Part shown: piece after piece, positions 48,281 through 60,182 of the stretch | Position numbering within the stretch: position 1 is the first letter of the stretch | Layout of the letters: every line of letters begins with the position of its first letter | From: Flavobacterium sp. | Lineage (GTDB): Bacteria > Bacteroidota > Bacteroidia > Flavobacteriales > Flavobacteriaceae | Assembly (NCBI GenBank): GCA_015234525.1 | Contig: JADGMX010000017.1 | Location: 7,910-71,909, forward strand | Reading direction: 5' to 3' | Length of the DNA stretch: 64,000 bases | Program-made: the position numbers and the translations under genes | Notes under the pieces: model-generated | Databases searched by the model: none | What the model saw: the letters and a program-made list of their open reading frames with translations, nothing else | Told to the model about the DNA's origin: nothing

Positions 48281-49435
48281 CTACAGCAAAATGTTTTTCC
48301 GCTGTGCTTTCCACCATCGTTCAGGAATTTCCTGATTACAAGCAGAAAGATATTCTTCATACGAACAAGGTAACAACGTGTTTTTTTTCAGTTTATTATT
48401 ACCATGCACAACAAAGGGGATTTCAATCCACCATCGATCGCTTTTATCACTTTTATAAAACACAACATCCTCATCCTCAAGCGGCACGATATATTTCGAA
48501 TAATGATCGCGACTACCAAACGGATACTCATTTGATCTGTAATGATAACCTTCGATAAAATACCAGATGATTTGCGCAACCAAAACCGCTTCAGCTGCTG
48601 AATTGTGGTGGTTAAATAAGCCAAATAACGAAACCTTATCACTGATTCCGGCATATCGCGCTAAAGCACAAATTTCTTTGCCATTGAAACCATTAGGAGT
48701 AAATATAACGTTATTCCCTGAATCCGAGCTTTTAATTGATGTTAAATCTAGCGAAACAATATCTGCATCGCGCAATACAGGCTCAGCTAAACCGATATTT
48801 CCCGTGATTTCGCCAAGACGATACGCATCAAAAAACATCTTTTCGACCAAATCAATTTCTTCCTGCGAATTATAATACGTTTGATATCCAATGTTACTAT
48901 AATTGAAGAGGTTGTTCGGTTCATCAACAATGATCTTACTCATATATGACCCCGCGGCAAGTACATCGTCCTCGCGACCAAAATCAAATTTACTGTCGAT
49001 TGCACAGAGATTTACCATCTGCTCCAAGCTGTCATAAGCCCGGTACATCGAATAGGTCAAATCCTGAGAACCTCCGATAATTATCGGGATAATGCGTTTC
49101 TTTAAAAGCGCAGCAACTACCGCTTTAACTGCATAAGACGTATCAGTGACCGAATTTCCCGCTTCAATATCACCGAGATCCGCAATAGTTGCCACCCAGT
49201 TTCCGGGAAACAAATTATAGAACTCTTTTCTGATGTTAGTCAAATCGACTGTCGTATTGGCATAGTCGAGTCCGCGATTCTCTAAAACTCCAACGATCGC
49301 AATTTTGCAATTATCCAAATCCGGAAAATCTGATTCGGTATGAAATACCACTTTGCTTCCCAAATGCTGAGACGAAAGTCGGCGTATATTTTTAATAATT
49401 TCAGCGTCAACCGGCTGGAGGAAGTCGAAAACCAT
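48281..49435 (-). CDS. Arginase/formimidoylglutamase-fold family protein (metal-site motifs appear degenerate)
   Basis: 384 aa. ADLGDI, PIIIGGSQDLTY, NLCAIDSKFDF and IVSLDLTSIKSSD align by eye to the ureohydrolase GGDHS / DAHxD / SxDxDxxDP blocks, but with the His residues replaced. Confidence 0.6.
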   Translation of the reverse strand: MVFDFLQPVDAEIIKNIRRLSSQHLGSKVVFHTESDFPDLDNCKIAIVGVLENRGLDYANTTVDLTNIRKEFYNLFPGNWVATIADLGDIEAGNSVTDTSYAVKAVVAALLKKRIIPIIIGGSQDLTYSMYRAYDSLEQMVNLCAIDSKFDFGREDDVLAAGSYMSKIIVDEPNNLFNYSNIGYQTYYNSQEEIDLVEKMFFDAYRLGEITGNIGLAEPVLRDADIVSLDLTSIKSSDSGNNVIFTPNGFNGKEICALARYAGISDKVSLFGLFNHHNSAAEAVLVAQIIWYFIEGYHYRSNEYPFGSRDHYSKYIVPLEDEDVVFYKSDKSDRWWIEIPFVVHGNNKLKKNTLLPCSYEEYLSACNQEIPERWWKAQRKNILL

Positions 49436-49438
49436 GAA

Positions 49439-51958
49439 TTATTTCTTTTTTGCAGTTGTCTTTTTAACGGTAGCTTTTTTGGTTGTAGCTGCTTTTTTTG
49501 CCGGCGTTTTCTTTGCCGGGGTTTTAGCAGCAATCATTTCTTTTACCTGATCCAGGGTCAGTGCCGATGCGTCGACATCTTTTGAAAGTTCAATTTTCGT
49601 CTTGCCTTTCAGAATAACTGAGCGACCCCAACGTGCTTTCTCAACCACGATTCCTTCGTCTTCCCAGTTATGGATTACCTTGTCAATATTTTTCTGAAGT
49701 TTATCTTCAATAAGTGACGTGATGTCTAAATCGGTTAAGTGATCAAAATTGTACTTCTTGCTAACATTGATGAACATGCCATTCCATTTGATGAATGGAC
49801 CAAAACGACCGACACCTTTTTGAACGGGCTCACCTTGATAATGTCCGATAGGCGCATCGGCTTGCGCTTTTTCAGCAATCAGTTCCTTAGCGCGATCGAA
49901 AGTCACATCCAGTGGCTCTTCGCCTTTTGGAAGCGAAATAAACGTTTTCCCGTGTCGCACATACGGGCCAAACCTTCCGTTACTCACCTCGACTTCTTCG
50001 CCATCAACGTTTCCAAGTATTTTCGGAAGCAAGAATAAATTCAGCGCATCCTCGAGTTGAATGTTTCCAATATTTTGATCGGAACGCAAACTCGCAAATT
50101 GCTTTTCTTCATCATCAGCTTCACCAATCTGAGCGATCGGACCGAATTTACCCAAGCGAACACTTACTTGTTTGCCCGTTTTTGGATCGGTTCCAAGAAC
50201 GCGCTCGCCGCTTTCACGTTCGGCATTGGCTTCAACCTCTTTAACGTTGGGGTGGAATTTATCATAAAACTCGCGCATCATTGTTGCCCAGTTCACATTT
50301 CCTTCGGCGATTTCGTCAAAATCCTGTTCAACTTTTGCCGTGAAATGGTAGTCCATAATTCCGGGGAAATTTTTAACAAGGAAGTCGGTGACGATTGTTC
50401 CGATGTCGGTTGGAACTAATTTTCCTTTATCCGACCCGGTGTTTTCCTTTAAAACCTTCTCGCTAATTTTTCCCGAATCAAGCGTAATTTGGGTGTAATT
50501 ACGCTCCTGCCCTTCCAAGGTTCCTTTCTCAACATAATTTCTGCTGATGATGGTTGAAATAGTCGGCGCATAGGTAGACGGTCGGCCGATTCCCAGCTCT
50601 TCGAGTTTCTTAACCAGCGAAGCTTCAGTATAACGTGCAGGCGGTCTTGTATATTTTTCGGTGGCGATGATTGATCGCGATTCTAATTTTTCGTTCACTT
50701 TTAATGCCGGTAGCATTCCTTCTTGTTCTTCGTCGTCGTCGTCGTGACCTTCGAGATAAACTTTTAAGAAACCTTCAAAAAGAAGCACTTCACCACTTGC
50801 CGTGAAAAGTTCGTTGTGATTATTAGCCGAAATCTTAACGTTAGTACGTTCGAGTTCAGCGTCGCTCATCTGACTTGCCAGGGTACGTTTCCAAATCAGA
50901 TCGTATAATCGTGCCTGATCACGGTCGATGTTTACCGTATGGCGTGACATGTCGGTTGGCCTAATGGCTTCGTGAGCTTCCTGAGCGCCTTTGCTTTTGC
51001 TTGTAAAGGTCCGTGGCTTTGAGAACTCCGCTCCATAGGAACGGATGATTTCAGCTTTTGCAGCTTCTAAAGCATCTTTGCTCAAGTTTACGCTGTCGGT
51101 TCTCATATAGGTTATAAGTCCGGCTTCGTATAAACGCTGGGCGAGTTGCATCGTGATTCCCACGGGAAGATACAATTTACGAGCAGCTTCTTGCTGAAGC
51201 GTTGACGTTGTAAAAGGAGCGGCCGGAGATTTTTTAGCCGGTTTTGTCTCAAGGTCTGCTACCTTATATAGAGAGCCGACATTCTTTTTAAGAAAGTCAT
51301 GCGCTTCTTCCTTACTGTTAAAATTCTTGGGAAGCTTGGCTTTAAATGATTTGCCTGCTTCATTGGTAAATTCGGCTGTAACAGAATATGATGCAACCGC
51401 ATTAAAATTTTGGATTTCACGTTCACGCTCCACGATCAATCTCACGGAAACTGATTGCACGCGACCTGCTGATAATCCGCCCTTGACTTTTCGCCACAGT
51501 ACCGGTGATAATTCGTAACCCACCAATCTGTCAAGAACTCGACGTGCTTGTTGCGCATTTACGAGATCGTAATTAATGCCACGCGGATTTTCGATCGCAC
51601 CTAAGATGGCCGATTTGGTAATCTCGTGAAATACGATTCGTTTTGTTTTGCTTTGATCGAGCTTTAATTCTTCTGATAAATGCCATGAAATAGCTTCTCC
51701 CTCACGGTCCTCATCACTTGCTAGCCAAACTGTTTCAGCTTTTTTAGAAAGATCCCGAAGTTTTTTTACGAGTGCTTTTTTATCAGACGATACTTCATAT
51801 TTTGGTTTGAAACCATTTTCAACATCTACTCCAATTTCTTTTGATGGCAAATCTGCAATATGTCCGTAACTGGACTCAACTTGATAGTCTTTCCCCAGAA
51901 ACTTCTCTATTGTTTTTGCCTTTGCCGGCGACTCCACTATCACTAAATTCTTTGCCAT
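49439..51958 (-). CDS. topA: DNA topoisomerase I
   Basis: MAKNLVIVESPAKAKTIEKFLG Toprim start, YMRTDS active-site Tyr block, and a Lys/Ala/Thr-rich basic C-terminal tail. Confidence 0.95.
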   Translation of the reverse strand: MAKNLVIVESPAKAKTIEKFLGKDYQVESSYGHIADLPSKEIGVDVENGFKPKYEVSSDKKALVKKLRDLSKKAETVWLASDEDREGEAISWHLSEELKLDQSKTKRIVFHEITKSAILGAIENPRGINYDLVNAQQARRVLDRLVGYELSPVLWRKVKGGLSAGRVQSVSVRLIVEREREIQNFNAVASYSVTAEFTNEAGKSFKAKLPKNFNSKEEAHDFLKKNVGSLYKVADLETKPAKKSPAAPFTTSTLQQEAARKLYLPVGITMQLAQRLYEAGLITYMRTDSVNLSKDALEAAKAEIIRSYGAEFSKPRTFTSKSKGAQEAHEAIRPTDMSRHTVNIDRDQARLYDLIWKRTLASQMSDAELERTNVKISANNHNELFTASGEVLLFEGFLKVYLEGHDDDDEEQEGMLPALKVNEKLESRSIIATEKYTRPPARYTEASLVKKLEELGIGRPSTYAPTISTIISRNYVEKGTLEGQERNYTQITLDSGKISEKVLKENTGSDKGKLVPTDIGTIVTDFLVKNFPGIMDYHFTAKVEQDFDEIAEGNVNWATMMREFYDKFHPNVKEVEANAERESGERVLGTDPKTGKQVSVRLGKFGPIAQIGEADDEEKQFASLRSDQNIGNIQLEDALNLFLLPKILGNVDGEEVEVSNGRFGPYVRHGKTFISLPKGEEPLDVTFDRAKELIAEKAQADAPIGHYQGEPVQKGVGRFGPFIKWNGMFINVSKKYNFDHLTDLDITSLIEDKLQKNIDKVIHNWEDEGIVVEKARWGRSVILKGKTKIELSKDVDASALTLDQVKEMIAAKTPAKKTPAKKAATTKKATVKKTTAKKK

Positions 51959-51979
51959 ATGCGCTTTTGTCTATTTTCG

Positions 51980-51987
51980 CAAAAGTA
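51980..51987 (-). promoter_or_regulatory. Bacteroidota -7 box (TAnnTTTG) for topA
   Basis: The minus strand reads TACTTTTG, ending 21 nt upstream of the topA ATG. Confidence 0.45.
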
Positions 51988-52208
51988 TGCGAAACTTTTT
52001 TAATTAACGGTGTCCTATTTTGACAATTGATTTTGCACGCGCGCTCAAGGACGTTCGGTTTCCGTGTTTAAATTACTGTTAGTAGGCGATTAAGCCGAAT
52101 TTCAGCTGAAATATTTATACCTATATATATATGTATATTTTTTTCGCGACCGAATAAAAACTCTGTTAAACAAAGTCTGACATCTTGTCACATCACATGC
52201 TTTCTTAC

Positions 52209-52216
52209 TATATTTG
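52209..52216 (+). promoter_or_regulatory. Bacteroidota -7 box (TAnnTTTG) for miaB
   Basis: TATATTTG, 26 nt upstream of the ATG at 52243. Confidence 0.45.
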
Positions 52217-52242
52217 TCGTCTTAATGTTTTGGGTGACGAGA

Positions 52243-53703
52243 ATGGAAAAAGTAATTGAAGAACAAAAGCAAGGTGAGAATCTGATACTAGATCGCAAGC
52301 CTGAAAATCAGAAGAAACTTTACATCGAAAGTTATGGTTGCGCAATGAACTTTGCGGACAGCGAAGTGGTTGCGTCGATACTATCGGGCAATGGATATAA
52401 TACGACAACGATACTTGAAGAAGCCGATTTGGTTTTGGTAAACACCTGTTCAATCAGAGATAAGGCTGAACAAACCATTCGGAAGCGTCTGGAAAAATAC
52501 AACGCCGTAAAACGCACCGTAAATCCGAAGATGAAAGTTGGCGTGCTCGGTTGCATGGCCGAACGTTTGAAAAGCCAATTTTTGGAACAGGAGAAAATTG
52601 TTGATCTGGTTGTTGGACCCGATGCTTACAAAGATCTTTCAAATCTTCTCGACGAGGTTGAAGCCGGCAACGATGCGATTAATGTAATTCTGTCTAAAGA
52701 AGAAACGTATGGCGATATTTCACCGGTGCGACTCCAAAGCAATGGTGTGTCGGCATTCGTATCGATTACCCGCGGTTGCGACAATATGTGTACGTTTTGC
52801 GTTGTTCCATTTACCAGAGGTCGTGAGCGCAGCAGAGAGCCGCAAAGCATCATGGCCGAAATCAAAAATCTTTGGGATAATGGTTTTAAAGAAATCACAT
52901 TACTTGGACAGAACGTCGACAGCTATTTGTGGTATGGCGGCGGATTGAAAAAAGACTTTGTGAAAGCCTCAGCGATGGAGCAAGCCACAGCGATTAAATT
53001 TGACCAACTGCTTGAAATGGTGGCGGTGGCCTTCCCAAAAATGCGAATCAGGTTTTCGACGTCAAATCCGCAGGACATGCACGAAAGCGTCTTGCACGTG
53101 ATTGCGAAATACCCAAACATTTGCAAGCATATTCACTTGCCGGTTCAGTCCGGCAGCGATCGGATACTGAAGGAAATGAACAGGCTTCACACCCGAACGG
53201 AATATATGGGCCTAATCAATAAGATATCGCTGATTATTCCTGATTGTGCGATCACGCAAGATATGATTGCCGGCTTTCCGACCGAAACCGAGGAAGATCA
53301 TCAAGATACATTGAGTTTGATGGATTATGTGAAATATAGCTTTGGTTATATGTATGCATATTCTGAAAGACCCGGCACGTTAGCGGGAAGAAAAATGGTT
53401 GATGACGTTCCTGAAGAAGTAAAGTTGAGGCGATTGCAGGAAATCGTGGCATTGCAACGCGAGCATAGTTTGCACAGAACTCAGGAGTTTGTTGGCCAGA
53501 CCGTTGAAGTTTTGATCGATAAAGTTTCGAAAAAGTCGGATGCCGAGTTATCCGGACGCAACTCGCAGAACCTTACCGTGGTTTTCCCGAGGGAAGATTA
53601 CAAAATTGGCGATTTCGTAAACGTCAGAATCAACCGATGCACCAGCGGGACATTAATTGGAGAGGCCGTTGGATATTCGGACATGCATTATCAGTACATC
53701 TAA
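52243..53703 (+). CDS. miaB: tRNA-i6A37 methylthiotransferase MiaB
   Basis: YIESYGCAMNFADSE (UPF0004 domain), radical-SAM CDNMCTFCVVP, and a C-terminal TRAM-like domain. Confidence 0.92.
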   Translation: MEKVIEEQKQGENLILDRKPENQKKLYIESYGCAMNFADSEVVASILSGNGYNTTTILEEADLVLVNTCSIRDKAEQTIRKRLEKYNAVKRTVNPKMKVGVLGCMAERLKSQFLEQEKIVDLVVGPDAYKDLSNLLDEVEAGNDAINVILSKEETYGDISPVRLQSNGVSAFVSITRGCDNMCTFCVVPFTRGRERSREPQSIMAEIKNLWDNGFKEITLLGQNVDSYLWYGGGLKKDFVKASAMEQATAIKFDQLLEMVAVAFPKMRIRFSTSNPQDMHESVLHVIAKYPNICKHIHLPVQSGSDRILKEMNRLHTRTEYMGLINKISLIIPDCAITQDMIAGFPTETEEDHQDTLSLMDYVKYSFGYMYAYSERPGTLAGRKMVDDVPEEVKLRRLQEIVALQREHSLHRTQEFVGQTVEVLIDKVSKKSDAELSGRNSQNLTVVFPREDYKIGDFVNVRINRCTSGTLIGEAVGYSDMHYQYI

Positions 53704-53705
53704 GA

Positions 53706-53781
53706 CCTAGCCCCGATTGAAGCGGAAATCCTTTTGCGAGGTTACGAGCAAAAGATTGCAGTGAAAAGCGGGATTAGCTCC
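53706..53781 (+). repeat. Intergenic repeat (copy 8)
   Basis: CCTAGCCCCGATTGAAGCGGAAATCCTTTTGC-gaggttacga-GCAAAAGATTGCAGTGAAAAGCGGGATTAGCTCC. It starts 3 nt after the miaB stop. Confidence 0.85.
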
Positions 53782-53798
53782 TAAAAAAAAATAAGAAA

Positions 53799-55052
53799 TT
53801 GGAAAATGTTCAAGTCATAAAGCAGCGGTTTGAAATTATCGGGAACGACCCGAAATTGAATCGCGCGATCGAGAAGGCGATACAGGTTGCGCCGACGGAT
53901 ATTTCTGTGTTGGTAACCGGTGAAAGTGGCGTTGGTAAGGAAAGCATTCCCAAAATCATTCATTCGCTTTCACATCGCAAACATGGAAAATACATTGCTG
54001 TGAACTGTGGCGCGATCCCCGAAGGCACGATCGACAGTGAACTTTTTGGCCATGAAAAAGGGTCGTTTACCGGTGCGACATCTACTCGTGAGGGTTATTT
54101 TGAAGTTGCCGATGGCGGAACAATCTTTTTGGATGAAGTGGGCGAATTGCCGCTGACAACGCAGGTCAGATTGCTTCGTGTTCTTGAAAATGGCGAATTT
54201 ATAAAAGTCGGTTCATCGCAAGTTCAAAAGACAAATGTTCGCATTGTGGCCGCAACAAATGTGAATATGTTCGATGCGATTGAAAAAGGGAAATTTAGAG
54301 AAGATCTTTATTACCGATTGAGCACGGTCGACATTACGCTTCCGCCGCTTCGTGAACGAAAGGACGACATTCACTTACTTTTCAGGAAATTTGCATCTGA
54401 TTTTGCACATAAATATAAAATGCCACCAATTAGGCTTGATGAGCAAGCTGCGCAGTTTTTGCCGAAATTCAGGTGGAACGGAAATATCCGGCAGCTTAGA
54501 AATGTGGCCGAACAGATTTCGGTTTTGGAGACCAATCGCGAGGTGACGCTTCAAACATTGCAATCTTATTTGCCAACCGAGAACAACAATCTGCCTTCGG
54601 TTATTAAAGATCAGAAGAGCGATGCTGATTTTTCGACCGAACGTGAGATTTTATACAAAGTGCTCTTCGACATGAAGAACGATTTGAACGATTTGAAGAA
54701 GTTGACACTCGAACTGATGCAAAACGGAACGGCGAATGTGCGCGAGAACAGTCAGCATTTGATTAAGAAAATCTACGGCAGCGCTGATCAAAGCGAGGAT
54801 GTGGCATTTGACGAGGAGGAAATCGAACCTAAGTTTGTGAATGCTAATCAGAAAAGTTTTGAGAACAGGCAAGACGATTATTTGTTTGCAGAAACCATTG
54901 AGGAAGAGGAAATCCTGCGACTCGAGCAGAAGGAAATCGAAATGATCAAAAAGGCACTAGAGAAAAATAAAGGGAAACGTAAAGCGGCAGCTGATGAACT
55001 TGGAATTTCTGAGCGTACGTTATACCGAAAAATTAAGCAATTCGACTTATAG
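53799..55052 (+). CDS. Sigma-54-dependent transcriptional activator (AAA+ and Fis-type HTH only, no N-terminal sensor/receiver)
   Basis: [11 protein letters not shown] Walker [16 protein letters not shown] (GAFTGA-type loop), FLDEVGE, and C-terminal [18 protein letters not shown] start gives [11 protein letters not shown]. Confidence 0.88.
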   Translation: MENVQVIKQRFEIIGNDPKLNRAIEKAIQVAPTDISVLVTGESGVGKESIPKIIHSLSHRKHGKYIAVNCGAIPEGTIDSELFGHEKGSFTGATSTREGYFEVADGGTIFLDEVGELPLTTQVRLLRVLENGEFIKVGSSQVQKTNVRIVAATNVNMFDAIEKGKFREDLYYRLSTVDITLPPLRERKDDIHLLFRKFASDFAHKYKMPPIRLDEQAAQFLPKFRWNGNIRQLRNVAEQISVLETNREVTLQTLQSYLPTENNNLPSVIKDQKSDADFSTEREILYKVLFDMKNDLNDLKKLTLELMQNGTANVRENSQHLIKKIYGSADQSEDVAFDEEEIEPKFVNANQKSFENRQDDYLFAETIEEEEILRLEQKEIEMIKKALEKNKGKRKAAADELGISERTLYRKIKQFDL

Positions 55053-55055
55053 TCT

Positions 55056-55559
55056 ATGAAATATATTAAATTATTGTGTTTGATTGGGGTTGCACTGATA
55101 TGCAACGGATGTTCGGTTTACAACTTTACCGGGACGGGGAAAATCAACGCTGACACCTTTCAGGTAAATTATTTCCAAAATGCATCGGAACTGGTCGAGC
55201 CCGGAATTGAACGGACTTTTACCCAACGACTTCAGAATCTGATCCAGAATCAGACGAATTTAAACCTGGTAAATAGTGGTGGCGATTTGGTTTATGAGGG
55301 CGAAATTACTGATTACCGAATTACGCCGATGACCGCTACGGCTGATCAGAGAGCCTCACAGAACAGGTTGACCGTTTCAGTTTTGGTACGATTTACCAAT
55401 AAAAACAAAGAAGACGACGATTTTGAAAAGCGATTTTCGTTTTTTTACGATTACTCTGGCGATGCTTTATTGGTTGGTCCGCGATTGCGAGAGGCGCTTG
55501 ATGTTATTTTTGAAAGGATAACTCAGGACATTTTCAACGATTCGCTTGCCAAGTGGTAA
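55056..55559 (+). CDS. lptE: LptE-family LPS-assembly lipoprotein
   Basis: MKYIKLLCLIGVALICNGCS lipobox. 167 aa, in the position typical for Flavobacteriia lptE. Confidence 0.7.
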   Translation: MKYIKLLCLIGVALICNGCSVYNFTGTGKINADTFQVNYFQNASELVEPGIERTFTQRLQNLIQNQTNLNLVNSGGDLVYEGEITDYRITPMTATADQRASQNRLTVSVLVRFTNKNKEDDDFEKRFSFFYDYSGDALLVGPRLREALDVIFERITQDIFNDSLAKW

Positions 55560-55601
55560 CAACGCTGAATAATTACTTATTTTCGATAAAAATCTCAAAG
55601 T

Positions 55602-56561
55602 TTGAACGTCACTGAATTTACATACTTAATCAATAAGCCCGAAGCTGTGAATAATCGCCAGACGATATATTTGGAGCAGATTGTATCGCAGTTTCCGTAT
55701 TTTCAGAGTGCACGTGCGTTGCGATTGAAGGCTTTATACAATCAGAACAGCTTTCAATATAACAATGCTTTGAAAGTGGCAGCGGCGCATACGGCAGATC
55801 GGAGTGTTTTGTTTGATTTCATTACTTCGGATAGTTTTACGGCAATTCACAAAGGATTGTATCAGCAGAAGTTAGCCGAATTGTACAGCATTGAAGTGCG
55901 TGACATTGAAATCGTAACTCCGGAGCAGACGTTGGCCGTTGTGGATAAAGTCGAGCAGTCGATATTAACGTCGATTCGCGAATCCGAAAATACAAAAGAA
56001 AAAGAAGCTGTAACTGTGGAAATGGTCGATGAAAATCCGATAGCCGAAAACGAGTTAAAAACAGGCGATGCTGAAGATATTGACGCTCCGACGGAAATTG
56101 AATCGGTAGCGAACGAGGATCAAACCATTGAAGAGAAGTTGAAAATCGGACAACCGCTGACCTTTTCCAGGGAAGAAAAACATTCATTCAGCGAGTGGCT
56201 TCAATTATCGGGGAACATAAAACCGATCGATCGCGAGGAACCTATAGAAGTGGAAATCGCTGAGCAAGTAGATCAGGCTGCGATCGAGCGCCAAAAGAAA
56301 CAACAACTGATCGACAAGTTTATTGAAAGCAGTCCGAAGATTCCGCCCGTTCGTCCCAATGTGAAGACGGTGAACGTAATTGAGCCGGCCACTCCCGACC
56401 ACACAAGCCTGATGACAGAGACTTTGGCCAGAGTTTATCTTGAACAAAAGAAGTATCAGAAAGCAATTCAGGCATATGAAATATTAATTTTGAAAAATCC
56501 GGAAAAAAGTAGTTTCTTTGCTGACCGTATTTCAGAAATAAAACTTTTACAAAATAATTAA
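55602..56561 (+). CDS. Hypothetical protein with acidic centre and TPR-like C-terminus
   Basis: 319 aa with a TTG start. FPYFQSARALRLKALY at the N-terminus and LARVYLEQKKYQKAIQAYEILILKNPEKSS at the C-terminus. Confidence 0.6.
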   Translation: MNVTEFTYLINKPEAVNNRQTIYLEQIVSQFPYFQSARALRLKALYNQNSFQYNNALKVAAAHTADRSVLFDFITSDSFTAIHKGLYQQKLAELYSIEVRDIEIVTPEQTLAVVDKVEQSILTSIRESENTKEKEAVTVEMVDENPIAENELKTGDAEDIDAPTEIESVANEDQTIEEKLKIGQPLTFSREEKHSFSEWLQLSGNIKPIDREEPIEVEIAEQVDQAAIERQKKQQLIDKFIESSPKIPPVRPNVKTVNVIEPATPDHTSLMTETLARVYLEQKKYQKAIQAYEILILKNPEKSSFFADRISEIKLLQNN

Positions 56562-56562
56562 A

Positions 56563-56886
56563 ATGAGCACATTTACAATATTCTTGGTTCTAATCACAAT
56601 TGTTTGCTTTTTGCTGATCGTTGTTATCATGGTACAAAATCCTAAAGGTGGAGGTTTATCTTCAGCCATGGGCGGAACGCAGATGATGGGTGGTGTTCAA
56701 AAAACAACTGACTTCTTAGACAAAAGCACCTGGACATTGGCAGGCTTACTGATTGTATTAATCCTATTATCTAGCTTTAGCTTTACAAATACGTCAACTA
56801 ATTCTACAATTATCCCGCAGCAAACTCAAAGCGCGCCGGCTCCTGAAGCTCCGGCACAAGCGACTCCAGCTGCTCCAGCTGAGTAA
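56563..56886 (+). CDS. secG: Preprotein translocase subunit SecG
   Basis: FLLIVVIMVQNPKGGGLS signature, a second TM helix, and a Pro/Ala-rich tail. Confidence 0.88.
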   Translation: MSTFTIFLVLITIVCFLLIVVIMVQNPKGGGLSSAMGGTQMMGGVQKTTDFLDKSTWTLAGLLIVLILLSSFSFTNTSTNSTIIPQQTQSAPAPEAPAQATPAAPAE

Positions 56887-56908
56887 TTCAGACGAAATTT
56901 CATATCAA

Positions 56909-56937
56909 ATGCCGGCATTGTCATGCTGGCATTTTTA
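56909..56937 (+). terminator. Intrinsic terminator after secG
   Basis: ATGCCGGCAT-tgtc-ATGCTGGCAT (10 bp, one G:U) followed by T5. Confidence 0.75.
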
Positions 56938-57025
56938 TTTACTGCAATTTTGGCAGATAAACGCTGGTGGCATAATTTCTGAAATCGGCGGTGCACGAAA
57001 AAACTAACTTTAAAAATATCAAATT

Positions 57026-57301
57026 ATGGCATTAAACATTAGACCTCTTTCAGACAGAGTAGTTGTTGAGCCGGCTGCTGCCGAAACTCAGACTGCGTCC
57101 GGAATTTACATCCCAGATACGGCAAAAGAGAAACAACAAAAAGGAACTGTTGTAGCTGTCGGAAATGGTACAAAAGATCATACAATGACTGTTGCTGTAG
57201 GTGATACCGTTCTTTACGCAAAATATGCGGGAACCGAGTTAAAACTTGACGGGAAAGATTATCTGATCATGAAAGAAGACGACATTCTTGCTATCATATA
57301 A
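57026..57301 (+). CDS. groES: Co-chaperonin GroES
   Basis: [16 protein letters not shown]...[11 protein letters not shown]...GTVVAVG. Confidence 0.95.
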   Translation: MALNIRPLSDRVVVEPAAAETQTASGIYIPDTAKEKQQKGTVVAVGNGTKDHTMTVAVGDTVLYAKYAGTELKLDGKDYLIMKEDDILAII

Positions 57302-57314
57302 TTCAAATTATTAA

Positions 57315-58967
<1,653 letters not shown>

Positions 58968-58988
58968 GATCAAACCCTGTAAAAAGCA

Positions 58989-59020
58989 ATGGGCTATCTC
59001 AAAAGGATAGCCCATTTTTA
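58989..59020 (+). terminator. Intrinsic terminator after groEL
   Basis: ATGGGCTATC-tcaaaag-GATAGCCCAT followed by TTTTTA. Confidence 0.8.
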
Positions 59021-59094
59021 TTATGCGAAATTTTCAGGAGCGCAATTCGCTCGCCATGTTTGAAATTCTGGTTTCTATTTCAGCTGGCTATTCA

Positions 59095-59174
59095 GGAGCT
59101 ATTTCCTGCCTTTCGCTCATATCTTTTTCTTCTTTCAGAGAGAAAAAGGATAACCGCTTCAGTCAGGGCTAGGG
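59095..59174 (-). repeat. Intergenic repeat (copy 9)
   Basis: Its reverse complement reads CCCTAGCCCTGACTGAAGCGGTTATCCTTTTTCT-ctctgaaaga-AGAAAAAGATATGAGCGAAAGGCAGGAAATAGCTCC. Confidence 0.85.
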
Positions 59175-59287
59175 CTATATTGCACAATTGAAACTTCTGT
59201 CTTTCTTTTGAATGTACCGAAATGTTTGTCGCCTCATGAAACGATAGGTACGGTTTCAAGCTATCGATCAAACGCCGACTTTCGGTT

Positions 59288-59983
59288 TTACTGAGCCGAC
59301 TCTTCCTTTTCTTCCGGCGACTTCTTACCGAGCTTAATGATAACCGGTAAAATCGTAATTACAACAAGTCCGATGACAATTACTTCGATGTGCTCTTTAA
59401 GGTCTATCTGATAGTTTTCCAATAAGAATCCGTACAAATAATGACCGGCGAAAATCAAACTGAACGACCAGATAAAAGAACTAAGAATATTGTAGAACAT
59501 AAATTTCTTGCGATCCATCAATACGATGCCCGCAACAATCGGTGCAAACGTTCTAAAAATCGGAAGAAATCTTGCGAAAATAATCGCGCGACCACCATGC
59601 GTTTCAAAAAAGGTCTTTGATTGAACAAGATACTTTTTCTTAAACCAAAAGCTATCTTGCCTATTATAAAGGTAGTTACCGCTTTTTGACCCAAACCAAT
59701 AGCCTACTATATTTCCTAAAATTCCGGCAATGGCAACTAAGGTTGCAAGTAAAGCGACGTTTAAGAATGCGTCTTCAATCACGAAAACATTCGCAATGAG
59801 TTCCCGGTTATAAATTCCCGAAAGGAAAAGCAAGCTATCACCAGGAAGAAAAAATCCTGCAAAAAGTCCGGTTTCTGCAAACACGATAAACAAAACAATG
59901 TACAATCCCATCTTCACTCCATTGATGTCGAAGTGGATGTAAAATAGCGGATCAATTAGGTTTTTCCAGTCAAATTCACTCAT
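59288..59983 (-). CDS. DedA-family (VTT domain) membrane protein
   Basis: FAETGLFAGFFLPGDSLLFLSG and GRAIIFARFLPIFRTFAPIVAG motifs. Confidence 0.88.
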   Translation of the reverse strand: MSEFDWKNLIDPLFYIHFDINGVKMGLYIVLFIVFAETGLFAGFFLPGDSLLFLSGIYNRELIANVFVIEDAFLNVALLATLVAIAGILGNIVGYWFGSKSGNYLYNRQDSFWFKKKYLVQSKTFFETHGGRAIIFARFLPIFRTFAPIVAGIVLMDRKKFMFYNILSSFIWSFSLIFAGHYLYGFLLENYQIDLKEHIEVIVIGLVVITILPVIIKLGKKSPEEKEESAQ

Positions 59984-60146
59984 GAATATCGAAGTTTTAT
60001 GCAGTATATTTTAGCGGCGTGAAATTAAGTATAAATAAGTTTACCCACAATTTAAAGAAGTCGCTTTTAGGTTTAATTAACTTTATCGTTAAAACTATTT
60101 CGTATCTTATAAGGTTAGCCGAATCGCAAGCGGCGATTAGATCGCA

Positions 60147-60174
60147 TAAAAAACCCGGAGATTAACTCCGGGTT
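60147..60174 (-). terminator. Intrinsic terminator after the HMA-domain gene
   Basis: The minus strand reads ACCCGGAG-ttaat-CTCCGGGT followed by T6. Confidence 0.75.
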
Positions 60175-60182
60175 TCAATTAC

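Noticed and set aside
56938-57025. CIRCE operator or sigma-54 promoter upstream of groES
   Set aside because: There is no TTAGCACTC-N9-GAGTGCTAA-like inverted repeat. TGGCAG-ataaa-CGCT (about 56954-56968) has GG and GC separated by 9 nt, not 10, and a poor -12 element. TGGCATaatttCTGA lacks the GC.
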